Assembly (NCBI GenBank): GCA_965153355.1
Contig: OZ231126.1
Coordinates: 42,346,001-42,410,000 of the forward strand
Origin: Flaccisagitta enflata
Taxonomy: Eukaryota
Direction: 5' to 3'
DNA: 64,000 bases
The number at the start of each line of letters is the position of its first letter. Within the stretch, counting starts at the first letter, position 1. Below, piece by piece: positions 30,446 to 45,000 of the stretch. The notes beneath the pieces were generated by a model, which saw nothing but the letters and a program-made list of their open reading frames with translations, was not told the DNA's origin and did not search any database. A program made the translations under genes and the position numbers.

Positions 30446-30727
30446 CTGTTTTGGGACTGAAAAAAATCTAACAAAGAGATCAGCTCAGAATTAGTCGAGG
30501 GGTGACCGTTTTCAAGGTCTGGCCGGGATTCTGGGGAATACGTGCATGCAAATGGATGAAGATCAGAGGGAAACTGGTCTTCACTTCACTGACAATCTTC
30601 ACTACCTCATACAAAAATGCCTTGAATATTGGCCTCAAATCACTAACGCCGATGCAAATACAAAAGACAAACGGATGGACAGACGGACTGAGGAACAGAT
30701 TCCCCCGTGTTCTACAGGACTTCATAC

Positions 30728-31430
30728 ATGGTAAGAATGACATTACTCTGTTTTTAGTTGCGGACACGCAACTCTATAAGAGGCTTTCTCCGTCCGTTGG
30801 TCCGTCGGTCCGTCAGCACGAGTCGAAAAGTGGGAAAACGCGCATATCCGCCCCTGCCCACCCGTCCGCAACTGATGGCCGTGTATCCGGCCTTGTTTTT
30901 TTGCAGTTTTGCCAATTTCATATGTGTACAATACAAGAACAATCGAGAGGGAAATCTTTCCTTTATTAGTAATTCTCAAAATCAGAAAAAATAAGACCCA
31001 TTTTCGATGCAGATTCGACTGGGGTGTGTTGACTCAATTTTTGATTCCATTTTGTTAATCTAGGCAAAATTCCCTTTCATTTGATAGGTCGCACTGAATA
31101 CTTTTGCAAAGAATTTGAATTTTCATTTTTTTGATTCACTGTTACAAAAAAGTTACAGTGGCTCAAAATATGAAAACTTTATTTCTGTATAAAACCATAT
31201 AGTGTGACCTATCAAATGAGAGGAAATTTTGCATAGAATAACAGTTTGGAATCAAAAAATGAGTCAGTACAACTCACAAGAATCTGCATTACCAACGCCT
31301 CTCCTGTAGGTGAAAAATCGTTTTTTTTTCAAAAAGCGCTCCAGAAAGATTTCTCTCTCGATTGTTCTTGTATAGTACACATATGAAATTGGCAAAACTG
31401 AAAAAAAAAACTATGTCGTTCTCACCCTAG
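30728..31430. mobile_element. Palindromic MITE with a HINE-like insertion (30752-30898) in its left arm
   Basis: CAGTTTTGCCAATTTCATATGTGTAC...AATCGAGAG versus CTCTCGATTGTTCTTG...CATATGAAATTGGCAAAACTG. Confidence 0.7.
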
Positions 31431-33017
31431 ATCGGCTGTCAGACAGTAGTGTGCTGCCCTACTCCCCCTCAACCTAAATCATAAACTACTCAAACTCTAT
31501 AAGAGGGTGTGACCGTACCCTAGGAATTTTGGATGATGAGAAATCAGCTAAACCAATGATTCTACCCATCAGAGCGCCTGCCCAAACACAGAAAAGCCCC
31601 TTCCAGCTGCAGAACTGCCCCTGCCCACCTGCCAGCGACTATTTGTGTCCGGCCTTGTTGTTTTTGTGCAGGCTTTGCGATAGATCACTTTCCTTTTTTC
31701 GCCAGAATTCTCCCAAAATTGTAAGCAAATCATAAGGATATGTAACACCTCCGACAAAATCAGGCGAACTGGGGTTGAATATCATCTATTTGAGCATGAC
31801 ATGGTGATTTGTATGGTAAATTGGGATATGTTCTCAAAATCTGGGGTATATTCTGTCAAGTTTTACCAAAAATGCCAAAAGAAACCTGTTTGAAAGCCTA
31901 TTAGTCGTTGTATCGCTATTTTCTGATGAGAGACAGTCCCACTTTGTCCATTATTACTACCTTCCTTAATGAACGATTTTGCCTATTACAAAGGCTGCCC
32001 TTGCCTCTATCTTGGCCCTACTCCTTCAATATCATCCAAAGAATGATCGTCCAGCTATCAAATACAAATAACTTCGGTAAAGACCTAGAAAATCAGTAAC
32101 AATCTGATTTGCCAATTCCGACCTTCTTACCTTTCTACCACTGATTAATAATCCCTCTGTTGTTCAACAATGTCAAAGTATGATATTTTAGCTATCTCTT
32201 CATCAAATCTTGTTGAGCTGGCGCCAATATTTTACACTTATTGGCATATGTTGCCAGTTCGCCCATTTATGTCAGGGGTGTTATTATCCATTGGTGACCA
32301 ATATTGACTGTTTTTACTCAGCTTTTTCCCAAAAAATGACTGAAAAAAGCTATTGTCACGCAAAACTTCATCGAGATTCACCACATTTCAAAAATAATTT
32401 TGAAGTCAAATCGATGATGCCAATAATTTGAATCAGGCGTTCATATTTTGAAAGTCTGCCGAGGTGCACAATTGTCCCTCATGTTTCCGACATGCTAACC
32501 AATTTTGTAAGGGTGCGTGAAACTGAGTCGCCTTTTCATTCCCTCTCTCCCCCCCCCCCCCCGCCATTTCTTTTTTGCATTGTGTAACAAAATCTGTAAT
32601 TTCCTTCTCCATAGGGTATTAAAACAGTTTTTTTAAAGTTCAAATCATGTCGTTCTAATCAGGCATTCAAATTGTGAAGAGGCGAGAGGCGGTGCCTCTC
32701 GGAAATCTCTTTAATGTTCTCATATAGAAAACCCATATGCCTCTCGGAAGCTTGGAAGAATTTGAACACCTAGTTCTAATCATGTTTTATATTTTGATAC
32801 CCTCTGATTTTCTCATTTCAACCAAACACATCACGATATCACTTAGCAAACAAAGTAAAAGAAAAAAACACAAATGGAAAGAAAAACTTTTTTTACTTCA
32901 CAGGTACCAAGACAGAATAGACAGAACTATGCCACTTAAGTTACAGTCCCAAAGTGCTGGCCCTGTATATCTAGTCTGTATCCCTCTCTCTGACTCTGTG
33001 TGCGTGTGTGTGTGTGT

Positions 33018-33048
<31 letters not shown>

Positions 33049-33420
33049 CTTCCTTTCCTTCCAACAAGCTTCCTTTGCTTCCGAGCCGCGGCGCGCCCCG
33101 CGCCTCCAAAATATTAACGCCTGGCTTTGATGCGTCCTGACTGTCTATGTGTATTGAATTCAGTGCTAAAAGAGGTCCTGGATGGACAGATGGAGAGACA
33201 GACCTACCTTCTGCATCTTAGACAGATGACTAAAGGAGTGACAACCTCGTGGCTGAAAAGGGCCAAGAAATGCGTTTTTGACAATGGCATATAAGACCAA
33301 CGGACCAACCAACAGACGGACAGTCAGACCTTGTAGAGATGCGCGAAGTCGAGGATACATCTAAAAATGATAGTTTACATCCTTTCAAAGATACCGACTA
33401 AGACCAAAACAAAGACAGGA

Positions 33421-34042
33421 CACGCCACGGGGAAAACCTCTGCAGGCTGTATTAAATACTTGGTCTTAATGGCCACTAGTCTTGTCATCAGGAAGACTTC
33501 CTCTATCTGTTTCCATAAGAGTTAAAAGAAATGCGCTTCAAAATTTGTTAAAAATCAGCAAAATATGCCTCTACAACCATTTTTTTTGCCATGAGTCTTT
33601 TCACATTAAAATCTTAAAAGTTTTGAGTGAAGATTCAAAGTCCTGGTAAAATTTCCAATCGTTTGATAGATCGCACTATATAGTTCTACTCAAAAATAAA
33701 AACGTCAAATTTTCTTTAAACGTATGACAATATAACAACCAACAGTGATGTAACACAAAATTGAACTTTTTTGTTTCTTGACCAAAGCACACATCAAATG
33801 AATGGAAATTTTTCAAGAAATACGAATCTTTCATAAGAATTATAGATGGGCTTCAACCATTCAACTTATCTAGCAAAACATAGAAAATGTTCAACATTTT
33901 GTTGATTCAAAAAAAAAAAATTTAAAGCCGAATTGTTTTCTCTGTGCTATGAAGCGATAGAGTAGACCTTCCTGAAGCCCAAACCAGTCACCGTCATAAC
34001 GGAGCATTTTTCTTGACCTATGAAAGTCTCCCCCGTAGCGCG
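33421..34042. mobile_element. MITE, CACGCCACGGGG-terminus family (diverged copy)
   Basis: Ends resemble those of 36724-37343. Confidence 0.55.
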
Positions 34043-34218
34043 AGGAGAATCCAACATAGACCGACAGTCAGACAGACAACAATAACAGACACACAGACAG
34101 ACACAGGCCGACAGACAGAGGCAGCCACACGGACAGAAAGACAGAAAAAATCAGACACAGAGACAGGGACAGGGACTGAAACAGTCGGAGAGATCAGAGA
34201 GACTATTAGATAGATAAG

Positions 34219-34760
34219 ACAATTTCGCATGTGCGTGCACACAATATCGCACCTGCGTGCACACAATATCGCACGTGCGTGCACACAATATCGTGCGTGC
34301 GTGCTCACAATATTGCATGATTATGCACACAATTTCGCACGTGCGTGCACACATTTTCGCATGTGCGTGCACACATTTTCGCAAGTGCGTGCACACAATT
34401 TCGCACGTGCGTGCACACAATTTCGTACGTGCGTGCACACAATTTCGAACGTGCGTGCAAACAATTTCGCACGTGCGTGCACACAATTTCGCACGTGCGT
34501 GCACACAATTTCGCACGTGCGCGTAACCAATTTTGCACTTACACGCAATTTCACGTGTTCGTGCACGCAATGTCGCGTGTACGTGCACGCAATATCACAT
34601 GAACGTGCACGCATTATCGCGTGTACATTGACGCAATATCGCGTGTACATGCACGCAACATCACGGGCACTTGCACGCAATATCGCGCGAACATGCATGT
34701 TATATCGACATTCATGCGCACTGTTTCACACACACGTGCACGTGCATACACGCAATTTTG
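34219..34760. repeat. 22-bp CpG-rich minisatellite (ACAATTTCGCACGTGCGTGCAC)n
   Basis: Visible directly; degenerates after ~34530. Confidence 0.93.
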
Positions 34761-36723
34761 TAAAATAGCAAGCGCGTGTCTCAATGTGCGTTGTCAAGGG
34801 CGCCAATAGAACTTAGTGCCCAAAACATTATCGAAAACGGAAAGTTGTGGGTGGGTGAAAATTAATCCAGGTAGAAACTAGAATTCAGAAATTGTAATCC
34901 ATGGGGTACGCCGGCCGGGTGCGTACGAGCCAGGTTCCATTGTAAAAAGAATCTGACGGGGCGTGACGGTATTACTAGGTCCACCAGAGTGGTGATGTCA
35001 ATTACACAACGGGTCAAGTGCATTCCATGTGACGCGTCAACTTTTGGGATGACGCGCGCGACATGGACATGGCGCCAAATGTCACAATTTTTTATGTCGC
35101 GTGGCCGGTAACGAAAAGAAAACGCTTAGGTACGGAAGAGGGCACGGAGCCAGGAAGCTGTATGAAACAACAAGAAAGAAGGCAACAAACAGTCAGAATT
35201 GTACAGTTGTTACTTCGTATACGAGCCAAGACAGCCATCAGCAGATTAATGAGAACATATAGTTAGGATTAAAGGTGAGAGATATATGAGTACTCTAATT
35301 TAAAGGTGTTAACATCATTCGTCAAAATTTTTCAATTTTAAAAACGATATTTGTTAATTATTACCAATTAAACAATCTCATGAAAACGATCAATTCATTA
35401 TGTTTTTTTTAAATCCATTCGCTTGGAAAGTGGCTCGTATACGAGGTACGAACTAACACATCGATAGAATAGGGGATCTGCCTCTTTAACAGCATCGGTA
35501 GACTCGGGTGATTGCATGATGGGTCACCTTCAGGTATCGCAATCCATGGCTACTTACTATCTGCAATGACAGGTTTATCATTTTAAAAGTGTCTTTTTGA
35601 AAATGTCACCTTTAAAAAAAACAATGCATACCCGTATTCATTTCATTATGATTCAAGGAGCTTTCACTCGATCCATAACGCATGCGAAGTCCTGGAATAA
35701 CCAGCTTTCAAAGAGGCTGCTAAATTTGCGGCCTCTGCTTTGCCCCGCAGCTCCTGGTGTCGCGGGGACAGCAGTCAAGGCAAGTCCTGTGGCCGCTGGG
35801 GATAGTTTAAGAACCCGGCAATGAGGTTTGTCTCATTCATCCTCCCAATTGTCCCCCCTTATCACCAAATGCCCTCATTATCTCAATGGAAAGTTTTTTT
35901 TTGTCACAAAAACGCCAAAACAATCATGACGTCTTAACGCCTTTATTGACACCATAACTTATCCAAATCCACCCCACCCCCCTCATGACCAATGAGAGCG
36001 GCTCCCGGCTCCACCTGTCGCGTACCCCTCCTTCCATTTTCTTTCCTTTCGACTCTTCCATCCCCTCCCCCCTCCCTCCTCTTTCTCTTTCTCATCCCCC
36101 TCCCTGACATCCCCTTCCTTTTTGGGCAGCGGCTCCGAAGGGGTCGATGACTTATGCTTTCACACATATGCGGAATTTTCTCCTTCTTCCTCTTCTTCTC
36201 CTTTGTACCCCCCCCCGCCCCATCCCAGTCTCAAGGACCAAATTCCAGTCTTGACGCCCAAAGGAGAAGAAGGAGAAGAAGGAGAAGAAGGGGAAAATTT
36301 CTCATATGTGAGAAAGCATAGGTCATCGACCCCTTTGGGGCCGCTGCCCTGCTTCCCCTTTGAATTCAAGCCCAACCTACTAAGGCAGGGCACGGGTAGC
36401 GCTGACCATCTGTGCGACTATTTTCTATTTCACCTTCTACCTCTTTGCTCAGATATGATCTAAAACATGATAGACAAACACTGATACGCAGGGGTGGTAT
36501 ACGACTGAAGACTTTTTTGTGTAAATGGGTTACCTACTGACGGACAGACCTAACGACAGACCGTCATATCCTCTTTTAGATAAACGAGGGCGCATTTTAC
36601 TACAGTTTGGGGTTGATGAGACGTGTGAAGACTGATTTGAGGGCATGGGTGAGAGACCAACGGATGTACGGACACACCATCTTATAATGGATTGCGGTAC
36701 GTAGCAAGCTAATTATTCCATAA

Positions 36724-37343
36724 TACGCCACGGGGGAGGCTTTCATAGGTCAAGAAAAATTCTCGGTCATAATGGAGAGTAGTTTTGGCCTTAGGAAGGT
36801 TTACTTTATCAATTCATACTGAAATGAAAATTTTTTTACTTCAAAATTTTTTTAAAATGCCGTAAAATACCGTAAAATTGGCATTTTTTACAGTTTTTTA
36901 GGTTCAAAACCGCCGCTATGGTCAAAAAATAGGCAAACAATGATTATTTGGTACTAAAACATATTCATACATAAATACATGCCAACTTGTCATCAAAAAA
37001 TGCCATTTTTACGGCTTTTTACGGTATTTTACGGCACAAAATGATACTAAATGATGACGGGTTGGCCTGTATTTATGCATAAATGTGTCTTAGTGCCAGA
37101 TAATCATTGTTTGCCTATTTTTTACCTTAGAGGTGGTTTCAGACAAAAAAAAACTGTTAAAAATGCCAATTTTACGGCTTTTTACGGCATTTTACGGCAT
37201 TTTACAGCATTTTAAAAACATTTTGAAGTAAAAAAAATTTTATTTTGGTATAAAGTGATAAAGTAAACCTTCCTGACGCCCAAACTACTCTCTATTATGA
37301 CCGAGAATTTTTCTTGACCTATGAAAGCCTCCCCCGTGGCGTG
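36724..37343. mobile_element. Palindromic MITE, CACGCCACGGGG-terminus family
   Basis: TACGCCACGGGGGAGGCTTTCATAGGTCAAGAAAAATTCTCGGTCATAAT versus ATTATGACCGAGAATTTTTCTTGACCTATGAAAGCCTCCCCCGTGGCGTG. Confidence 0.85.
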
Positions 37344-39513
37344 TATATAAGTACTGATTACTTTGTTTGGTGCCATCAACAAAACAGACTGACCCACAGA
37401 TGAGACACGGCGTCTTATAGTAGAAGTACATACACGTATTTTCGCATTTTGCAAAATCGCAATTCCTTTGAAGGAGTTACTGAATAAATTGTTTCCCCCT
37501 GCTAATCTGAGTCATGGACGTAGGGCAAGAGACGTCCGTAAGTCCCAGATTGTCAACCTTAGATTAGCGTCGATTCTAGATTCACAGGAAAGATCAAGGA
37601 AGGAAAATGAAGAGAAAACATGAAATCCAAAAATCGCAAAAGCGTAAGATGGTCAGTGGTAACCGTGCCCTGCCTAAGTAGATTGTGCGAAGTTGAGGGG
37701 GAAGCAGGGCAAAGTGTCGATGACATATGCTTTCACACATATGGGAAATTTTTTCCTTCTCCTCAGTCCCCCCCCTCAAATCCCAGTTTTGAGGCCCAAA
37801 TCCCAGCCTTTAAGACCCAAATCCTTGCCTAAAGGCCTAAATGCTAGCCTTCAGGCCTAAATCTCAGCCTGGAGGTTGAGGTCTTGGCCTCTTGGCTTGG
37901 ACTTGGACCTTAAAGCTGAGATTTAGGCCTCAAGGCCGGGATCTGAGCCTCCAGGCTAGGATTTGGGCCTTGAGGCTAGGATTTGGGCTTGGAGACTGGG
38001 ATTAGGCCTCCTGACTGGGATTTGGGCCTTGACACCAATTTTGGCCTTGAAAATGGGATGAGGGGGGTACAAAGAAGAAGGAGAATGAAAAAATACCCCA
38101 TATGTGTGAAAGCATAGGTCATGGACCCCTTCAGGACCGCTGCCCACAAAGGACCAACATACATGGCCCAGTTACAACAAGTGACGCGGGGTCACAATAT
38201 TGTTACGGACGGGTGGGCGGGGGCATCCAACCCCCATCCACACCCCAATCCCCACCCTCCCACAGACAAACATACTCAAAATGTATCCAAAAAAGCTTGT
38301 TTTTCCACTTTTCGACTCAATCATTATCAACGGATGGACGGACCAACGGACGGATGGACAAAGCCTCTTATTGAGTTGCGTGTCCGCGACTAAGAACCTG
38401 GGAAAAGGGGGCCCTGGAAAGCGGGCCCGGCAATAGCCCAGCAATGAGACTTCTGGATGGGGCCCAGGACTTTTCTGCAGATCTTTGCCTAGTAAGTCAC
38501 AGTGCAAAAGAATACAAAATTTGACAAGTCAAAACGATTTATTTGATATTTTTTTTTTGATATATGTATTCAAAGATTTTTTATTGAGAGAAAGGATTTG
38601 TGGTTGATAATCATCAATTTTTTGCATAGAAAAATGTTTTTCTTCACCAAATGCTTAGGAAATGTGAGAGAAAAGGGTGCGAAAGTGATGGATTTTTAAT
38701 AAAAATTGATCTTTGTGCATTGACATGTCTCGCGTAAAAAACCGAATTGATTTCTGAATTCAAAATTTTGCATTTTGAAAAACATGGCATCAGTCTAAAC
38801 ACCTTTAAGAAACAGGCCATGTGTGTAGAAATGCAAAATTTTGCTTTCAGAGACAGATTCGGTTTTTTTCGTGGCAACATCTCATGTTTTCCGTGCAATT
38901 CTTTTTAAAGAATTCTGTTGTTTCACTGAGTATGCTGCAACTTTACTGATGAATGTTGGTTGATCATTTGTTGCAGTGTAGGATCTCACCGTGGCCAAAA
39001 ACAGCCGAGAAACGCGGTTTTTGCACAGGCGTCACGGACCAACGGACGGATGGACGGACGGACGGACGGACTGACAGACGGACGGACAGACCCTCTTATA
39101 GAGTGTGATATATACAACAAAAATTTGATACATTAATCAGAGCAGTTGACTGATGGATGGACAGACATAATAGAGACGCTTAGAAAGTCACGATTGAATT
39201 GTTGAATTGCTGAATACTGGCTTTGATATCAATCTCATCATGGAACCGCCAACTGTGTGATTTGTGAGGCTAGGACCGAGAAAGCGCACAAAGAGACCAT
39301 TAAAGCGAAACTAGAACAAATGAGAGTTATGCAATGTACGAGCATTCTTCAGATCCTGATGATTGGGAAAAAGTCCATAAAGGGTTGGAGGCGGCGTTGA
39401 AGGAGCTGGTGCCGCGTGGTGTGACGGAGGATTTGGGAGTGTTAAGGGGCGTGGTGTTGCGTCATCTAACCGCCGACACATCCGTGGAGGCGGGTTAACG
39501 GCGACGATCTCTC

Positions 39514-41157
39514 ATGGGACTACGCGTGGTTAACGGCGCCGATCTCTCATGGGACTACTCCGACGCGCCTGATCCGGCAGCGACGGCTACCGGCGCTTCT
39601 CGACCGGCAGCAACGACTTCCGGCGCTTTTCCTCCGACAGCTTTGGCGCTCGGCGTTCCACTTCCGCCCCCGTCGACGTCTCGCGTCCCATTTCCGGCTG
39701 CGGCGTCGACGGACGTTCATCCTCCATCCACGGCTGCAGACGGCGCTCTTCCTCCTGATCCGGCGTCGTCGGCGGCACGTGCATCGGCATCTCCATCGTC
39801 CAACGGTTCTGTGGAAATTGACTCGTTTAGCGATACATCTACTCTCTGTCCTACGCCAGACCCAAGCGCAGCAGTCTCTATTGACATTCCGGATTCACCC
39901 CCATCCAACGCCATCTCAGTGTCGTACCCACCCCCACTCTCGTCCTCATCGCGCCCACCTGATTACTTTGAATTAACTCAAACCCAGGATATTCTAAATC
40001 ATAAAAACGTCCATGATTGGCGGTTAAAAAATCTCGCTTCTTGTGTGACCATCCCAGCAACCATCCATGAAGGTTTCACCTTACCTTATGGCGCGCCTGT
40101 TACTCGCAACGACTTTGCCACGCATACGACGACGCCGGTAAGGGCAACGGCCTCCGTCACCCTGCCGAAGACACTTCCTCCTCCCGTGTCTCTGCGTCCA
40201 TCGCATCTTTCCTCTGCATCCTCACTCCGCATCCCTCCCACTTCGCATCTTCCGCATCCTCACTCCTCCTCTACCGCTCCTCATCATGCTCCTTACTCTT
40301 CGCCTACTGCTCCTCATCATGCTCCTCTTCCTGCTCCAGCGGCGCCGATTTTGCCGCCGGTTGCTCTGGCGGCGTCGATTTTGCCGCCGGTTGACCCAGC
40401 GGCGCCGACCACGACGCACGTCTCTGTTGGCCCCCATTCGCTCTCCATGGCGCCACCGCTGCACATGCAGCTTCGCGACGATTCTCCACCACCGGAACCG
40501 CGTAAGCCACGCCCTCCAGGCCTAATGGAAGTAGAGGGTGTTGAGCTTATCCATTCGACCGACGGACATGTTTGCGGCGGACATCCTGAAACTCATTTGA
40601 TTTCAAAATTGCTCAAATTTGTCAAACCCGAGTTTAAGTCCCAGGAGAAGATTGATGTCTATTTGAAAAAAAAGAAGGAATTAATGAATTGCTTCAAGGC
40701 TACTTTTCCATCTGAAACCCTTTACACTTTGGTCAACATTTTCACATTGCAATGTGATTCTGAGCTTTGTTCTTACATTGAGGAATTAACTGCAAAGAAA
40801 AGTTATTTTACTTCTTTTGAAATGTTCCTACGTGAGTTTGAGGAGCAAGTTTACCCAAATTCACGTCAAGCCGCCTACACGCGCTTTATCAACAGATCAA
40901 CCCCTTCTGATGCCAAAATCGCGGTGGCATGGAAGCAATTCAAAGAAGACGCCAGGGTGGTTACTTTGGACCCACTTGAGCACAACATGCTTTTCATTAG
41001 GGGTATTCGCCATCGTGAGAAGAAAAAGGCGCTTCTGCAAAAATGGTTATCCACTAAAGACATGGACGAGGTTTTGGAAGAAGCGGTCTCCTTTGAATCT
41101 ACTTATGAAATGATGACTTGTTGGGATCAAGATGAAAAGGAAGGGAAAAGTAACTAA
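39514..41157 (+). pseudogene. Gypsy gag-like ORF (Pro/Ser-rich N-terminus, capsid-like C-terminal half), continuing in broken Q- and RGG-rich frames to ~41870
   Basis: FEMFLREFEEQVYP...AAYTRF...LFIRGIR...MDEVLEEAVSFE resembles retrotransposon Gag CA; position upstream of pol; ~35-bp tandem duplication at 39494-39558. Confidence 0.65.
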
Positions 41158-42039
41158 AAATCAAGCCTGCCAGCAACAATGCTAACATCAATGCCATTAC
41201 TGCGTCGGGGAATGGTAAAGCGGGCAAACAGCAACAACAGCAAGGTCAACAGCAGCAACAGCAACAACATCAGCAGCAAAATCAGCAGCAGCAGGACCAG
41301 TTGACTAAATCTCAATGAAAGAAATAATCAAGAGTAAGGAGCAACAAAGCTAAAGCAGTTGCAGAAGCAGATGGTGAGCAAATGGGCAGCAGCAGCAGCA
41401 GCAGCAAACACAGCAGCCGCCTCAGCAGCAGCAGGGAGGTGGTAGGGGTGGAGGAAGAGGAGGAAGAGCGATTAGGGGTAGTGGAGGTGGAGGTGGAAGA
41501 GGAGGTGGAAATGCTGGCGGTGGTGGTGGTGGTAAGGATGGTGGTGTGACTGTAGCAGCAAATGAGGTGCAGGAAGCGGCTATCAAGCAAAACCAATCGA
41601 ACCAACCTGTTTCATCGGGATGGACGGGGCCACTCTCAGCCCAAAATTGGAGTTTTCCAACCACTTTATCTGCCATGTCCACCAACACGCACAACAACTT
41701 GATTCCACCGAACGAAGCTTTGAATAAATGACGACGTTCAAATCTCCACGCCCAATCTGCGAAATTTAAAGTGGAGACAATTTCTAATTCAGAGGAGGTG
41801 GGTGAGAGAGGTGGCAGAGGAGGAGGTGGGGAGAGAAGGTGGGGGTGGACAATTCTAACTCTAATCATCATACTCGTCATCTAATTGCCTGACTTTAAAA
41901 TATTTTATCTTCAACAAAATTGTGAAAATACTTTGTCACGGCCTGTTTGCCTAACTCTAAACTTTACTCGTCATCTAATTGCCTGGCTTTGAACATGTCA
42001 GCGCGGTCAGTCCTAAGATGGTGGCTGGTTTACCTTTAA

Positions 42040-45000
42040 TTGGTGGTGAAGGGCTTCGATGGAAATCGCACCACAGCTATCACCCACAAAGTTGAACTCG
42101 AGTTGAACTTTCACCCCGGCGGGTTGAAGGATTACTTCTATGTTTGCGACGTTCCCCACGCTATTATTGGAAACGACATTCTCCAAAATGATGAGCACCA
42201 TCTGTCGCTGGAAACAGGAAAAAAGTTCTTTCATATTGGCAGTGACATTATTTTCACCAAATCTTCGCCATTTTTGTCCATTTCTGAGTACAAACGTCGA
42301 CGTCTCTCATCGGTTTCTAGCTACAGGAGAGCATATAAACACCACTGTCATGGTCGAAATTGGGTTAGACTACTCCAGGATTACCGTCTTGAGCCAAATT
42401 CAATCACTATGGTGGAGGGGTATGTGGATAATTACTTCGCTGACTCGCAAAGTTTCTTAAGTCTTTATGATGGCTCATATCACATTTACATACCATCTCT
42501 TTCCTTCCCGGATGGTAGGGAAAAGGCTTCAAATGGTCACGATACCCCACTATTGATCCCTGTTGCAAATAACCTGAGGTCAAAACTATGTCAACGTTGA
42601 CTATCTTAGGTGAAATGGTTCGTCACTCAACTGATTCACAGCAATATGATGCCGAGTGTTATGATATGAGGGAGTTGTTAGAGGAAATAGAAAGGAGAGA
42701 GATGGTGTCTGGTGAAGATATGACTTGTAAATATGGTATCACATCCCCATATGATGTATGCAATATTGACACTGATGAATTTTCAAATGTAAATAACCCT
42801 ACCACTCCTACCAACCAACCCAACCAACCTACCACTCCTACCAACCATCCCAACCAACCTACTACCCTACCGACCAACCAGAATTTCACTCCCGTGTTTT
42901 CGTCCGACATTAATCATCCTCAATACACCCCTCCCTCCTCACCTGTGCCATTTTCATCACTTGTTGGGAAGAATAAAGTGAGTGATGATGTTCTCGATCA
43001 AGCTGCCGGGATGGTATAGACTCTTCTTTGACTTGGTACGATGACAAAAATGGACCTGATGTTGAAATGGAGATTCTTTAAGACATCGATATTGAAGCTG
43101 AAAGGAAAAAAGAAGATGATTGTCCTTACTGGAAAGATAAAGATTCTTTTTTTTCTGAATTCAACTTCAAAGATTTGGCCCAAGAGCATTTGGACCCACT
43201 CAAAGAACTTCTATTTTCATTCCGTCACATTTTTGACTCTTCTGACCCTGCCCAATTCAGGCAGGGCATAAACATGAAGCCAATTGAGATAAAGCTTAAA
43301 CCCGGCATGACTCCTAAAAAACACAAACTTAGGCGTCCCTCTGATGAGAAAATTCGACACCTCAAAATTCACCTTAAAACGCTTCTCGATCAAGGCGTCA
43401 TCGCCGAATTGGACAGTAGCGCCGACGTCTACGCAAGTCCTTTGCACCTTGTTGTCGAGCAACGGTTCGTCAGTTCGCGCAACGCCGTGGTGGAAAAAAG
43501 TAGGGTAACTGCAGACCAGCGCCAATTAAATGCTTGTCTGGCCGACAGCTCATTTCCGCTTCTTCCAAGTAAACTGCAATGAATACCGTGAAAAGGTAGG
43601 AAAATGGGGGTTACACCACCTTAGCAATTCCTGATTGCCTGGGCCCTTCTTCCATCAGCTCGTCCTGAAGAAAGTTCTAAGTTGTTAGGCATTCACGCAA
43701 TTAATAAGATCTATTGTTACCTTCGCTTATCCCAAGGCCTAAAACTCAGCCCACCTATTGTCCAAAATTTCATCAGCAAGGCCATGCGCTGTCATGAGCG
43801 CGTCTTCCCGTTCATTGATGACTGTTCAGTTGCTTCAAAGAATGTTCAGCAGCATCTCTATGAAGATCTTCCCAAATTTTTCGCCCTCTGTTCCTATTAT
43901 CGGATACTTCTTAAACCTAGTAAGGCTGATATGGTCAGGAAATCGACTAGAGTCTTAGGGTTTCAAATTGGTGAATCTCAATTGTCATTATCCAAGGAAA
44001 AAGAGGTGAAAATTTCAGACCTTAAATTCCCAGTCACAAAAGATGAGTGTATCGCTCGCCTAGCCTTTCTGCAGTACTTTAATGGCGTGGCGCCAAAGCT
44101 CAGTGAACTTTTAGCGCCATTACGCCGTTTGACTAAATTAAAGGTAAGGTACACGCCCACTGACTTACACAGGGAGGCTTTTGACAAGGCCATAACTCAC
44201 CTGCAAGATAAGAAAGTGAATGTCATTCGTCTTCCGTCTTCTGACCCTTCAGACCAGTTCGTGCTGTGGACAGATGCATCGTCAAACTCAATCTCGTGTT
44301 TATTGACGCAATATATGCTTCCTCCATCGTCTGCACCTGATAATGATGGAAAAAGAAGATTGTATGTGGTAGGGTGTTTTTCTTCAGTCATCAAGGACAG
44401 CTGGCTTAATTTTCCAATATGGTTGCTCGAGTTGATCAGTCTCTACGAAGCGACTCGCAAATTCCGCCATCTGCTCAGTGCAAAAGCTTTTTGGGTGGTC
44501 GTTGATAGCTCTACAGTGGCTAACTGGGCCAGTCTTGAGGGTATCCCTAAAGACTTGGCCCGTAAGATCCTACACATACAGAAATTTCAGGCTAATATCG
44601 TCTTTGTTGAAAGTAGATTGCAAGCTGCAGATCCATTCTCACGCTTAGAATCACTCCCAGCACCATCTGGCACTTACCCAAAATTTTTGAAGGAAAGGAT
44701 CTACAACGCCCATGGACAAAAGGTGCCTTGGCAATCACTCTTTTCCCAACGAAAACACGATGAAATGATCGCCTTTTTTCATCGCCATCGGAGACAGCCG
44801 TTATCATACGCCGTCGACGGACCGTTGGAAGAGGAGGAGGAGGAGGAGGAGGAGGATGATTATGCTTCTCGACCCGACGGTGAATACACCATTGTCGTCG
44901 ACGATCTTCCGGCGACGCCGCCGGAAGTGACGCCCATCGCCGGCGCCATCCCGGCGATCCACACGTCGATTTGCGCCATATCTCTCGACGACGACGATTT

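Noticed and set aside
39104-39240. Possible Gypsy 5' LTR or PBS (TGTG at 39104, TGG at 39218)
   Set aside because: No second copy found downstream and no convincing tRNA complement
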